Source: Octopus bimaculoides (taxonomy: Eukaryota). From it: a stretch of 64,000 nucleotides of DNA. The notes under the pieces are model-generated. The model was not told the origin of the DNA. It searched no databases and saw only the letters and a program-made list of their open reading frames with translations. The DNA lies in contig NC_068981.1 of NCBI RefSeq assembly GCF_001194135.2, forward strand, positions 104,045,131 to 104,109,130. Reading direction: 5' to 3'. This document shows positions 24,709 to 38,293 of this stretch, piece by piece; positions within the stretch are counted from its first letter, which is position 1; every line of letters starts with the position of its first letter. Position numbers and translations under genes: made by a program.

Positions 24709-25149
24709 TTAAACTGAATGGAAGAAATGGTTTTGATAAATGTGTTTTCTCATTTGTTCCCCTCCTACCACAACCACTACAAATTTGAAGAGAGTGTTCT
24801 AGTCCAAGCTAAGCGGTAGAATTCTGAGGTCATTGGTTAGAATACCTTTTAGTACTTATTCTGACTCTCTGTATTCTATGTTAAAGTCCTGCTTTAGTCA
24901 GTCCCTGTCTTTCATCTTTCATTATCATCATTTTAACGTCCACTTTTCCATGCTTGCATGGGTCAGACAAAATTTTGTTGAGGCAAATTTTCTACAGTTG
25001 GATGCTCTTTCTGTTCCTAATACTCACTTGTTTCTAAGAAAAGTAATATTTCCAATATTTCCCCATGGCCAGACATGTTTTCCATAGGAGATTGGAAGTG
25101 AACAACATTGCTTGTATGACAGTTATGCTTGGTTACGATCATTATGTGA

Positions 25150-25345
25150 TGTTAAAAGGCAGTGACCTGATAGAACATTGCACGATGGGCAAAATATTGA
25201 ATGGCACTTTGTCCGTTGGCACATTCTGAATTCAAATTCCACGGAGGTTAACTTTGCCTTTCAGGCTTGATAAAATAAATAGCAGTGAAACACTGGGGTC
25301 AGTGTAATCAACTAGAACCTTCCCCTAAAGTTTCAGGGCTTGTGC
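25150..25345 (+). mobile_element. SINE family B (degenerate)
   Basis: gaattcaaattccacggaggttaactttgcctttc...cactggggtcagtgtaatc. Confidence 0.75.
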
Positions 25346-25630
25346 TTTTAATAGAAGAAAATAAAAAAGGATTACATAATGTCAAAATGAGGATGTACAC
25401 AATCACATATCCACACACTCACACACACATATACATTATATATATATGTACATAGGCAAATTAAACATAAAAACAAAACCAACAAAAGTCAAAAGACATA
25501 CTCAGTAAATGTATTAGGTTGACACTCAATTTAAGATGCAAATAAGAGTTGGGGGTGATGTTTCACACATGGCTTTTTCATCAGAAAGAGAAAAGGTCCA
25601 GAGAGAAAGAAAAGAATAGTCAGATATATA

Positions 25631-25756
25631 CAGAGTGTCCATAAGGTTTGGGTACATGTTGTAAATAAAATCATTATATAAACAATTAAATATAAGAAAT
25701 AATAATTTCTTAAAGTATGTGTTAATCCCTTGTACCCAGACTTTGTGGACACCCTG
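25631..25756. mobile_element. 126-bp Tc1/mariner-type MITE
   Basis: TA|cagagtgtccataaggtttgggtaca ... tgtacccagactttgtggacaccctg|TA. Confidence 0.85.
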
Positions 25757-26108
25757 TATAACAAGCTCGAACCCACAAGAGTAAACAAGAGAGACAGAGA
25801 CAAACAGAAACAGAAATACTATGCAAATATTCTTTTAAAATACTTTCCATTTAATTTCTCCAAAATTTATTTGTTTTCCATACTTACAGTTGAAAAAGTC
25901 TCATGGACCAAAACTGGTACTGAAATGCTTTTTATAAAATTATTTTAGCATTTTCTACCTTGACTTTTTTTCCATATATATCAACTTGTGTGTTCCTTTT
26001 CAACCTTCTACATATATATATATATATATATTGATATATATGATGCCAACGAATCCTGATATATCATAATTTTACATGTATATTGGGTGGGGGCAGCAGT
26101 ATATGCAA

Positions 26109-26150
<42 letters not shown>

Positions 26151-27057
26151 ACACAGTGTGCTTCTTTCATTTCTCATCTACCATATGCACTCACCATGCT
26201 TTAGTTGACCCAGGGCTATTGTAAAAGGCACTTACTTGCCCAAGATGCTGCACTGTAGGACTGAACTCAAGACCATGTGGTTGAGAAGCAAGCTTCTCAA
26301 CCATATGCCCACAACTACCAATAAAATTAAATAGCAACTCAATCTTAAAGCATTAGACATGATTCTTTGTGTTATTTTTTTTCCATCTCTCTGTGTTCTG
26401 ACAGTAACACCTGTAACAACACCAGTACCAAGCTGTATCAATCCTTGCTTTGCCTTAGTCAATGTTGGTACCATGGACAAAAGAAACATGGGTAACTATT
26501 AGATTTCTGCAAAGTTTATTTTGCAAAGGTCTGCATATACACATATACAGGCGTAGATATTTGGTCAACCCTGACCAATATAGGCTTTGTATACACACAC
26601 ACACGTGTATAACAATTACAAAATGAAAGACATTTATTAGCTGTTCAAAAACACACAAAGACTGCAAACTTCAATTAAACATTGGTATGACAGAAATTTT
26701 GACATCAAATAATAAATTTTTAAGTGAAGTTAACAGTTTTTGTATGTTTTTGAATGACTAATATTTGTGTTCCATGCTGTAATTGTTTCAGTTTCAACAT
26801 ACAATCTCAAATCACTTGCCTAGCAAGTACGCCTGTAAAATACATATATACACAGACATGCATACTCATACAGATGTATATACATATATATGTATACATA
26901 CATACATATATATACACACATAGATAGATAGATACACACAAATACACAATGTCTTTAAGATACTTGGTTTATTTTATAAATATGCCTGTTCAAGAATCAT
27001 AATAGCATAAAACTATTAGTAGTTCTTTCAGCTGTGTATTTAATTTGATATATATAG

Positions 27058-27217
27058 GAGTGGGTGTGTGGTAAGTAGCTTGCTTACCAACCACGTGGTT
27101 CCGGGTTCAGTCCCACTGCATGGCACCTTGGGCAAGTGTCTTCTACTATAGCCTTGGGCCGACCAAAGCCTTGTGAGTGGATTTGGTAAACAGAAACTGA
27201 AAGAAGCCTGACGTATA

Positions 27218-27248
<31 letters not shown>

Positions 27249-27450
27249 CTGTGTTTGTCCCCCCCCCAACATCACTTGACAGCCGATGCTGGTGTGTTTA
27301 GGTCCCCGTAACTTAGCAGTTCAGCAAAAGAGACCAAAAGAATAAGTACTAGGCTTACAAAGAATAAGTCCTGGGGTTGATTTGCTCGACTAAAGGCAGT
27401 GCTCCAGCATGGCCACAGTCAAATGACTGAAACAAGTAAAAGAGAGTAAA
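27058..27450 (+). mobile_element. SINE family A, full length, well preserved
   Basis: A-box tggtaagtagc, B-box ggttcagtccc, CORE-like segment, (GT)n, tail. Confidence 0.92.
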
Positions 27451-27464
27451 GTGTAAGAGTATTC

Positions 27465-27858
27465 CTTTATTCTTTTATTTGTTTCAGTCATTTGACTGTG
27501 GCCATGCTAGAGCACCGTCTTTAGTCAAACAAATCAACCCCAGGACTTATTCTTTGTAAGCCTAGTACTTATTCTATCGGTCTCTTTTGCCAAACTGCTA
27601 AGTTACGGGGACGTAAACACACCAGCATTGGTTGTCAAGCGATGGTGGGGGGGACAAACACAGACACACAAACACACATACATATATATATACATATATA
27701 CGATGGGCTTCTTTCAGTTTCCGTCTACCAAATCTACTCACAAGGCTTTGGTCGGCCCGAGGCTATAGTAGAAGACACTTGCCCAAGGTGCCACACAGTG
27801 GGACTGAACCCAGGACCATGTGGTTGGTAAGCAAGCTACTTACCACACAGCCACTCCT
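27465..27858 (-). mobile_element. SINE family A, full length, tail-to-tail with the previous copy
   Basis: Reverse complement of 27058-27450. Confidence 0.92.
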
Positions 27859-28529
27859 GCGCATGTGAAATTTTTTCAGCCAAACTAGGATAGATGCCAT
27901 ATAGACAGTAGGCAAATCTTAGTCTTCCAATCAAAATCAGATATGTTCAAGTTGTTTTACACAATTACTCAAAAGTTATTCCAATGCATATATCCGGTTT
28001 TGAAAGTTAGCTTTTCATATATATATGTGTGTGTATCTGTGTCATTCTCTCTAACCAAGAACAGATTTTCCTTTATGCTCAAAACTATTTTCTTTTTAAA
28101 AAATAAACTTTTGAAATTATCTCCCCCTTTTGTTTCCCAATCAGGAACAATTGCCATTAGGTTTTTGATTACCTTCTATCTAACTGTGAGAAAAAAATTT
28201 CAATTTATTAAAAATTATCTCACATGTGTTATTCATTACACCAACACCTACTTCATTTACATAATGTAATCATCTAGTATATCTAATTCATTCAATAAAT
28301 TCATTCTTTCCCATTCAACTTTAAGGAAACAGCTTGAAAAATTTGAAGGAAGGAATTCTCTTTAGTTGCTGGAGGAAAAATGATAAATTTCAGCACTAAT
28401 TTAAATGCATATAGAATGTGATGCCAATGAATCGTGATATATCATAATATTGCATGTGTATTGTTGGGGTGAGTATATGTGAATATGTATGTGAATGTAT
28501 ATATAAGGTGTGACTATCAAAATACATTT

Positions 28530-28940
28530 CTTTTATTCTTTTACTTGTTTCAGTCATTTGACTGTAGCCTTGCTGGAGCACCACCTTAAAGGATTTTAAC
28601 TGAAGAAATTGACCCCAGGACTTATTCTTTGTCAGCCTAGTACTTATTCTACCAGTTTCTTTTGCTGAACCACTAAGTTATGTGGGATGTAAACATGCCA
28701 ACATTGGTTGTCAAGCAATGGTAGGGGGACAAATACAGACATAGAGACATTCACACATACACACACACATATATATTTATATATATGCATATATGACAGG
28801 CTTTTTTCAGTTTCCATCTACCAAATCCACTCACAAGCCTTTGGTTAGCCTGAGGTTATAGTAGAAGACACTTGCTCAAAGTGCCCACACTGTGCGATTG
28901 ACCCGAGAACCACATGGTTGGGAAGTAAGCTTCTTACCAC
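28530..28940 (-). mobile_element. SINE family A, full length
   Basis: Tail, core and head in reverse. Confidence 0.88.
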
Positions 28941-29340
28941 ACAGCCACACCTGCACCTATTTAAATAAATTCTATTTATAAGTATGGATGTTTTTTTATG
29001 TATAGCCTCATGCAGGTCTCCGGCTTACCAGCTTGAGTCAAACCACCTAACCCATGCCAGCATGGAAAACAGACATTAAATGAGGATGATGATATATTTA
29101 TCAATGTGCAAATATGTGTACCTTTGTAAATCTGTGTTGGTGTTCTTTCACCCTTTTACTAGTTTCAATTATTCTACTTTGACCATTCTGTGGTAGCACC
29201 TTCAAGGCTTTTAGCTGATTGTATTGGCCCTTAATATTTTTTATGCTTATTCATCAGCTTTAATTAAGGACGAAACAATAGTACCAATGACATATAAGTG
29301 TATGTGTATAAGGATGTATGCATGTATGTGTGTCTGTATG

Positions 29341-29381
<41 letters not shown>

Positions 29382-29433
29382 AGGTACATATCTATATCTA
29401 CACTTATGTAAATATATGTGTATATGTTTGTGT

Positions 29434-30276
29434 GGGTGACTGGTAAATTCCACCATGGAAAATTCCACCATGGAAAATTCCACCAGGTTAATTTCACCAT
29501 AGGTAAATTCCGCCACGGTATATTCCACCATAGTAAATTTCATCATAGGTGAAATTATTATTATTATCATTGTTATCATTATCAAATCATTATTTAGAAG
29601 GGTTCCACAATGCTTTGCATTCATTACTAACATCTGCACATCCAAATTTGTGGAGACTATGCACTGCCCTTAAATCTGAGGAAGGATTAAGCCAGACAAA
29701 AATTGTACATGTTCGGCACAGAGACTCAACAACAACAAAAAAAAAAAGACCTGTCAAATTATTGATGCACGACTGAAGAAGCTAGTTCAGGAATAGCAAA
29801 ATGAAAATCCTCTGCAATTTTTAAGAAGTATTGCCCACAATTTGTCTTAAGAAATTTTTTTTTAAATAAATTAAACTTTCTTATTTTAACTCTACTTCAC
29901 AATGTATTCACTGTTATTTTTTATCCTATTGTTATAATAAAATGTGTGTTAAACTTTAATCTTTTCTTTCTTTATCCCAAATTGTATTATTTTTGAAATT
30001 TTGTGATGAATTTTTCCATAGATTCTTGCTCAAATGGGGGAACATTAAAGTGATCCCATCTCAATTCAAGTTGATTATAACGATTATTTTCTATCTCACC
30101 TTCAGACTCTCTCTCTCTCTCTCTCTCTCTCAAGACTTGAGAGATATACAAATTAAATAACATAGATATTGACCCATGGTCTAGAGAAACTGACCACGGT
30201 GATTATTAGCAGGTGGAATTTACCATGGTGGAATATACCATGGTAAAATTTATCTAATGGAATTTACGTAGAACTG
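29434..30276 (+). mobile_element. MULE (Mutator-like) deletion derivative with subterminal ~15-bp tandem motifs
   Basis: ggtaaattccaccat-like arrays at 29442-29552, inverted at 30190-30270. Interior encodes LEGFHNALHSLLTSAHPNLWRLCTALKSEE...DARLKKLVQE*..LQFLRSIAHNL, a MULE transposase C-terminal pattern. Confidence 0.75.
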
Positions 30277-30285
30277 TATGTGTGA

Positions 30286-30327
<42 letters not shown>

Positions 30328-30379
30328 AATATATGAGTATGTGCATATATATGTACATGTATGTATATACCTTCATCCA

Positions 30380-30880
30380 CATGTACATATAGATACATAA
30401 CTGGGTACATGATGTGGCAAAAGAACGTGGACAAAAGGGTAAACAAGGTGCAACAAACAAGCAGGCCACATAGAAACATCCCCTTCATCAGCTGCCACCA
30501 TTAAAACCCCGGCGTTTCGAAGAATTAAGGCAGTACGCATCATTAAAATGGTTCTTCCCACGAACACAAATTAAATTGTTTTCGTGGCGGACGGAAAACA
30601 AGACAGGAAAACGAAACGGTGAAATAAACGAACAAAAAGGTTGTACAGCCAGACGTGAAGTGTGTATCTATTGAACACTGTGAGGCACGAACTGGAGGAG
30701 CAAAGAAGTACGTGCGAGCTTGAGGAGTCCAAGAACAAAAATGAGCAACGAGAGGTAGAGAGGGAGAGAGATAGTAGTAGTAACAGTGAGAGGGGAAGGA
30801 CGAGCAGCGAGAGATAGAGAGAGAGAGATAGTAGTGACAGGGAGAGGCAAAGAACAGTAGAGGGAAGAATGAGAGGGGTA
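30380..30880. mobile_element. CpG-rich unclassified element with scrambled hammerhead half-motifs
   Basis: Minus strand contains GAAACG (~30514-30519) and CTGATGA (~30485-30491); follows a TA-rich tract. Confidence 0.4.
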
Positions 30881-31379
30881 TGTGTATGTGTGCATGTGCA
30901 TGCTTTTGTCTATGTATTTCTGCATGTATTGTGTTTATTACTCCATGCATAACTGAATGAATTTCTTTCTGTAAACTAATTTAAGATTTAACATGAATTT
31001 GAATTCACTCTAAATGAAAATGACTTGAAGTATGTCTTAGTTGAAGAATTTCTCAAGCATCACTTAGTTATTTGTGTTGGAATTTTCTATTCGGTTTCAT
31101 TAGTTTTCCCACCTCCTTCAATCTAAATTTTTGTCAAATGTTATTATATACATACTTTAAAATTTCCTGATACCTGCATACATACAATACATACAGACAT
31201 GCATGCATTCATTCATTCATTCATTCATACATACATACATACATGCATACATACAACACATACAATACATATATGCATGCATACATAAATAGACAGAAAA
31301 TATTAAAATATCTTTATCATATTTACAAAGCTTTCTGCTAATCACTTTATACAAAAGAAGTATTTTCATTATAAATGTT

Positions 31380-31436
<57 letters not shown>

Positions 31437-31704
31437 GATATATATATAAAGTGACAACATCATCTTCTTCGTTTTCATTTAATGTTCACTTTTTCATGCA
31501 TGGATCAAATAGAAAATTGTTGAAGCAAAGTTTTTATGGTTGTGTTCCTTTCTGTTACTAATTCTCACCTGTTTCCAAGCAAGGTAATATATTCCCATGG
31601 CCAGACATGTTTTTTCATAGAAGACCATGAATAAACAACATTGCTTGTATGACAATGATGTTCATTTACAATGATTATAAGATAAGGGTACACACACATC
31701 ACCA

Positions 31705-32058
31705 TCATCATCATCACCATCATTATCATTTAACGTCTATTTTCCATGGTGGCATGGGTTGGATGGTTTGACAGGAGCTGGTCAGCAGAAGAGCTGCTTG
31801 GGCTCCATGTCTGTTTTGGCATGGTTTCTGTAGTTAGATGCCCTTCCTAATGCCAACCACTTCACAGAGTGTACTGGGTGCTTTTACACAGCACCAGTAT
31901 AGGTGACACTGACACGAGTGCTTTTTATGTGGCACCAGCACTCACGAGCCCGCAAGATTAGGAATGCTCAGCTGAAGAGAGGTGCAAGGGATATGCCTGT
32001 ACACAAGGATGACAACGTATTTTACTTAGCTTGATGTGTCTTCTCAAGTACAGCAAAC
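31705..32058 (-). mobile_element. RTE-type 3' end fragment
   Basis: (cat)n, tttaacgtctattttccatg, tgcccttcctaatgccaaccac, tacttagcttgatgtgtcttctcaagtacagcaa. Confidence 0.78.
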
Positions 32059-32167
32059 TGCCAGCTTCTTCTAATCTCTGTCTACCAGATCCACTCATGA
32101 AGCTTTGGTCAACCCAAGGTTATAGTAGAAGATACTTGTGTCTTCTACTAATGGAAGATATGTGTGT

Positions 32168-32203
<36 letters not shown>

Positions 32204-33102
32204 GCAGACAGACAGAGAAGAATAAATACTTTACAATAATAATGAAAATATTTCCCTTGTGTAAGTGATTAGCAGGGAGCTCAATAAAGTGGTAAAAACA
32301 GGTTTAAATGTAACATTTTAAAATGTAGACACTTGAAAATAAATATCAAGCTGGATTGATAATGTATTGTAAAAATACTTTTTAAAAAACACTACGATGC
32401 AAGTTGAAAACTATGGAGTGGAATCAAATGCAAAACCTAAAGCAAAATATGAACATTAGTATTCCTTTTTATTTTGTATATCAGTATTCAGGTTTTACAG
32501 AAATATGGTGATTGAACTAGCTCCATTTTACACAGGTTCTGCAGTAATAAAGCAGTTATTTTTTCAAATGCTATTATTGTTAGGAGCTACATGTGCAGGC
32601 TTGTATTATTAAATCTGCCAATCATCATCGCAGAGGTCACATCTGTTGATGGATGGTTGAGGTTTATTAATAAAGATAGGTTCTTTAATCCTTAAATTTC
32701 CAATATTCTATTCTGTAATTTTGATAGATTGTAATATCCTGGTTATTACATTTGCCAAGATTTAAACATTCCTTCTTTGGCATCTTCTGGAAGTGCATCA
32801 ACCCATCCCTAACTCCTGTAGTTTCCAATTCTTCATTTTACAAAACGTTTGGTCTAAAGATGTAGCATAACTTTAGATAGAGTTTTTATTATTATCTCTC
32901 TGATCCATGCAAGCCTAGAAAAGTGAATATTACATGATATTGAAGATGATGGTCGCTTTGTGGTAAGAAACTTGCTTCCCAACCACATGATTCTAGGTTC
33001 AATCTCACTGTGTGGCATCCTGTGTATCTTCTGCTGTAGCAGCCTTAGGCTGACTAAAGCCTTGTGAGTGGATTTGATGGACAGAAACTGAAAGAAGCTT
33101 CT

Positions 33103-33147
<45 letters not shown>

Positions 33148-33150
<3 letters not shown>

Positions 33151-33771
33151 ATTTGGGGATGGTCATGTTGCCAGTTTAGCCAATAAAAACACACACACTA
33201 TATATTTGGTGTTAATTTGCTTCAGCTTTATTTTACATTACATTAATCGTATTTCGGCCAGAGTTCTTTCGTCACACTTCTGTGACCTCATCAGTGGTTC
33301 TTTGCTTTCTTCTTTCCTATTTGTGTGTCTTTCCTTACTAACAATCAGCCATGTTGGCATGGGCTGGATGGTTTGACAGGAGCTGGTCAGCAGAAGAGCT
33401 GCTTGGGCTCCATGTCTGTTTTGGCATAGTTTCTATGGTTAGATGTCCTTCCTAATGCCAACCACTTCACAGAGTGTACTGGGTGTTATTACTGTCCTTT
33501 ATTTGCATTTGTATTTGTGTACCATTTTTCTGTTTTTCCTTCCTTGTTTATCGTATACATTCGCTGCTTTATTCCAAGGAATCTAGTGCTCTTAGCTTAG
33601 TTTTTCCTTGGAGCTGGCCAGATTAGAGCAATCTCGAATATAACCAGCCGAAATTGCAAAGATAATCTGGAACTCGACTGAAGAAACAAAACTCCAGATG
33701 ATCTGTCCTTGTTTTTTTTTGTATCATCTAACTGTCTGGATGTTTTGCGTTTGTATCCCATGTTGGTATTC

Positions 33772-33775
<4 letters not shown>
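33148..33775. mobile_element. Penelope pLTR-like element inserted in (TA)n, carrying a hammerhead-like motif and an embedded RTE-tail fragment (33352-33486)
   Basis: (TA)n on both sides; motif at 33258-33297. Confidence 0.55.
33258..33297 (-). ncRNA. Minimal hammerhead-like motif
   Basis: cca-CTGATGA-g-GTCACA gaag TGTGAC-GAAAG-aa-CTC-tgg: perfect 6-bp stem II, 3-bp stem I, CUC site. Confidence 0.55.
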
Positions 33776-33858
<83 letters not shown>

Positions 33859-34245
33859 CACTTGACATTTATAATGAAAATACTTTTTGTGTAAAATGAT
33901 TAGTATAAGGATTCTACAGTGAAGGAAGACCCATCCCTATGTGTTGTGATTCATCTCAGCATTTTGAGTTTAAGGGCCAGAATAATAAAAGACCTTTAAC
34001 CTGTAATCAATAGACACATTTGCCCAATCCAAAGCAAAATCAAAAACATCATTGTTGCTACTGTTACTTCATACCAAAATTCATTCCTGGACTCAAATTA
34101 CATTCACACATCCATTGCATGTAGATGCAACTTCTTTTATTTTTAATCCTTTTTTTAAATTTTTTTTTCGACCCTTTCCTTCAAACACTCATTAGTTGAA
34201 ATTGATGGGAGTGACCACCATCATCATCATTATCATTATTATGTG

Positions 34246-34690
34246 AGACAGCAAGCTGGCAGAATCACTAGCAAGCCAAACAAAATTGTTTAGCAGCAGT
34301 TCATATGTCTTTACATTCTGAGTTTAAATTCTGCTATGGTTGACTTTGCCTTTCATCCTTTTGGGGTTGATGAAATAAGTACCAGTTGAGCACTGGGGTT
34401 GATGTAATCAACTAGCCCCCTCCCCACAAATTTCAGGCCTTATGCCTATGATAGAAAAGGTAGTCATTATTATTAACTAAGGCGGTAAGCTGGCAGAGTC
34501 ATTAGCAAGCTGGGCAAAATGCTCAGCGGCATTTCATTCATCCTTACGTTCTGAGTTCAAATTCCACCAAGGTCAATTCTGCTTTTCATCTTTCAGGGTT
34601 AGTGAATAAGTATCAGTTACACACTGGGGTCAATGTAATCGACTAGCCTCCTCACCCAAAATTTCAGGTCTTGTGCCTATAGTAGAAAGG
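34246..34690 (+). mobile_element. Two tandem SINE B copies (34246-34460, 34481-34690)
   Basis: agctggcaga..ttagca head, body, gaaaagg end, (ATT) linker. Confidence 0.88.
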
Positions 34691-34729
34691 ATTGTTATTT
34701 ATTGGTGTTGTTGTTGTTATTGATAACAA

Positions 34730-34985
34730 CATACAATGAGCTGCTGACCAACAAGTTGAACAAAACTACACTGTACCAAAAGATCACCAACATCACATCT
34801 AGCAAGTAAATATCTCAAATAGCATTTGGACAAACATTTGTAACCACATAGGATCGCCACCTCATTAAGACATATTTGAACCCATAGAAAGATCTATGTC
34901 TACTTCCACTCAAAATCTTCAAGCCTGAACCCTTTACCTTTCCTGGAGACATCAACAGCTCAATCATCTCATCCCACCACCACCA
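34730..34985 (+). pseudogene. Probable Penelope-like reverse transcriptase N-terminal remnant
   Basis: TYNELLTNKLNKTTLYQKIT... then LLPLKIFKPEPFTFPGDINSSIISS, resembling the PLE motif LPKIHK...PGRPIIS; broken by frameshifts. Confidence 0.4.
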
Positions 34986-35209
34986 CTACCACCAAATATA
35001 CACATTTAAACATGATAGATAAACTGTTAACTTCGCACCATCCCTGTTTATATTTCTGTTTCTGCTCTCCTAGCCAGTGACATAATTGCCAATTGCATCA
35101 TTTCTTCCAAACTTTATTCTACTGTTGTAGCTTCATGTACTCAAATAAATTCACCAACTTTTGACCATTATCATAAACAACATCTGCTTTCATGTTTGGA
35201 AATCCATAT

Positions 35210-35470
35210 ATGTGTGTAGCCTAATGGTGAGAGATGTTGCACTCATGATTGTGCGATCATGGTTTCGATCCTCAAACTAGCAGTGTGTTGTGTTCACTTC
35301 ATTTCACATTGCTCCAGTTCACTCAGCTGTAAGTGGGTATCCATAGCCTTCCAATCAGGGTGGAATGTTGGTCTGCTCACTTAGCCAGCAGGGTGGCATC
35401 ATTCAAAGACTAAAGCAATGTGAAGTGCATTGTAACCAGTGGTGTATACATCCAATAATCTGGTTGATAC
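35210..35470 (+). mobile_element. tRNA-derived SINE related to family F
   Basis: tagcctaatgg A-box, gtttcgatcc B-box, atttcacattgctccagttcactcagctgta shared with 59142-59470. Confidence 0.7.
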
Positions 35471-35507
35471 CTTGATACAGTGATTGATTGATATATATAT
35501 ATATATA

Positions 35508-35792
35508 NNNNNNNNNNNNNNNNNNNNNNNNNNNNNNNNNNNNNNNNNNNNNNNNNNNNNNNNNNNNNNNNNNNNNNNNNNNNNNNNNNNNNNNNNNNNN
35601 NNNNNNNNNNNNNNNNNNNNNNNNNNNNNNNNNNNNNNNNNNNNNNNNNNNNNNNNNNNNNNNNNNNNNNNNNNNNNNNNNNNNNNNNNNNNNNNNNNNN
35701 NNNNNNNNNNNNNNNNNNNNNNNNNNNNNNNNNNNNNNNNNNNNNNNNNNNNNNNNNNNNNNNNNNNNNNNNNNNNNNNNNNNNNNNNNNNN
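35508..35792. other. Assembly gap after (TA)n
   Basis: N run. Confidence 0.99.
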
Positions 35793-36127
35793 AACAGCTG
35801 CTATTCATGTATTTAATTTTTTTTTTTCTCTCCAGATATCTCAATAACATTCTTATGTTAGATTTATTTCAAGAGGAGTTAGATATAAATTGTTCAATAC
35901 CATCAACAATCACCTAGATTTGAGATGATTTATCCCAATCTCCTTCTTTCATTCAGTATTATAAAGAATGGATGCATAAATTACAACTTCAAGAAAAATG
36001 CATTCAGGAAATGGTGGGGTCTATTTGTGCCGTACATACCAGATGCCTTTGTACAATATAAAATCTATCCTATACACAAGAGAAGCAGCAAAGTGGGAGA
36101 CAGCCACTAATATTAAACAGTTCTTCA

Positions 36128-36450
36128 GGGTGACAAGCTGGCAGAATCGTTAGCACACCAAGCAGAATGCTTAGTGGCATTTCGTCCATCTTAGCATTTC
36201 TGTGTTCAAGTTCCACTGAAGTCATCCTTTTGGGGTTGATAAAATAAGTACCTATTGAGGTCTGGGGTCGATGTAAATGACTTACTCCTCCCCCAACCTT
36301 GCTGGCCTTGTGCCAAAATTTGAAACCAATACTGAGCAATTCAAGTCCAAATATTGGTTTCAAATTTTGACACAATGCCAGCAAGTTCGTGGGAGAGGAG
36401 TAAGTTGGTTACATTGACTGATATTTATTTTATTGCCCTCAAAAGGATAA
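36128..36450. mobile_element. SINE B (+, 36128-36330) followed by an inverted SINE B tail (-, 36350-36450)
   Basis: ttgctggccttgtgccaaaatttgaaaccaata versus tattggtttcaaattttgacacaatgccagcaag. Confidence 0.8.
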
Positions 36451-36564
36451 AAGTCCAAATATTTTTTGTAAATGTCTTACAGAAACATAGCCGTCTGCAG
36501 ATAACATAGAATATATTATGGAGCTCATTCAGGAAATGGCATGATTTTATTTTCAAGTGTCTTT

Positions 36565-36616
<52 letters not shown>

Positions 36617-36818
36617 TGGGGAACTAAGTGAGAGAAGGGAGTGAAAATGTGATATACATTTACTTATGATAAACTATTTACATTCCTCTTTTTCCAACTC
36701 CCCCTTCTTCCCCCTTCCCTACTCCCTGTCTCTTTTACATTAAATATATAGATATATAATACATTATGATTATATATGTGTGTGTGTGTATGCATTTATA
36801 CACATACATATATATACA

Positions 36819-36926
<108 letters not shown>

Positions 36927-38246
36927 TGTATATATATCAAATACATATATATTTTACATATATATGTTATGGAAAGTAATCTTAGTACACACATGCATAC
37001 ATGTATATATGTATATATGTATATATGTATGTAATAGTTTGCAGGTGGAATGACTAGAAGCTATCTTTTCTTTTTCTTTAGTTTTCTTTTTGTCTTGTAC
37101 ATGAAGTAGCTTTTCAGTTATTACCATATATTAAAACAATGATGTAGGTAGGGATATTAGGTTTAAGATTTATGACTTGAAAAGAGTTTTGAAGAGCTAT
37201 TTTATAGCAGCAATGCAGCTGATTCTATTGGCCATTAATCAAAATAAAGAAGAAGAAAAAAATTAAACAAATAATCTCCTTCTCTTCATATTGGATAGGA
37301 ATTTTCATTTTTTAATTATTTTTTTTTCATTTGTTTCCAAGTTAAAGTTTGAAAGAGACAAAGTAACTCCTATTTTATCATCCTTTTGTTTTGTAATACA
37401 ATGAAATCAGAATGAACCTATTGTCTATCATTCCCTCTGTATAACATATCCAAACATAAAAAGAAACACAGTAGGTGCCTCTGTTTTTGACAGTTGGTTT
37501 GCTTGATTGATTGATTATCTTGTTTTATATCTCATATATCACTGAGGCTATGAAGTGCAATTTTTATTACCAATAATTATTAAGCAACACAGTTCGTCAT
37601 CTTTTATTCTATTATATTTTTTTATTAATTATAATTTTTTTTATCAAGTTATTTTGATATATAAAACAAATCTCCATTCTGTTCAAATCATAATAGGCCA
37701 ACTGAGCTACAGTATATTTGAAAAATAAAATCAGTGCATAAAAAAGTGAAATGCAGCACATCAATGCATGTTTTACAAAAACAGAAGTTGCACAAGAGAA
37801 GAAATCAGCTATATGTATATATAATAAGTAGTTGAGTCCTTGGTTATGGTTGGTCAGAAAGTTTCCATCGGTTTCATGTCTACTATTGCACTTGGCAATA
37901 TAGACAACTCACCAGACTTACTGACCAGAAACACCTAGCTTCTTTACTAATAGAAGCAAAACTAAAATCTTAGTTTGGTGGCACAAAAAAAAAAAGACCC
38001 TGATACAAAAGACACCCATTCTGTGAACAGAGTTACTACCCCTTGAACAATTACAGGTGTGTTCAGATCAGGGTCAGTTTGTGTATAATTTTTCATTCTC
38101 TAGTCTGCAAACAGGAAAAACCAGTCTCTAAAACTAGTTTTCTATCATGAAGGCACCAACTAAAAATTTCACTTTTTGAATTCCAGTAAATACCTAGATT
38201 ATGCAAATTTTTTAGAGATCATTGTCCTCTTTCCCAAGCAAAGTTT

Positions 38247-38293
<47 letters not shown>

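Noticed and set aside
33600-33700. GAAATTGC...CTGAAGA as a permuted hammerhead
   Set aside because: Could not assemble stems I and III or a cleavage triplet.
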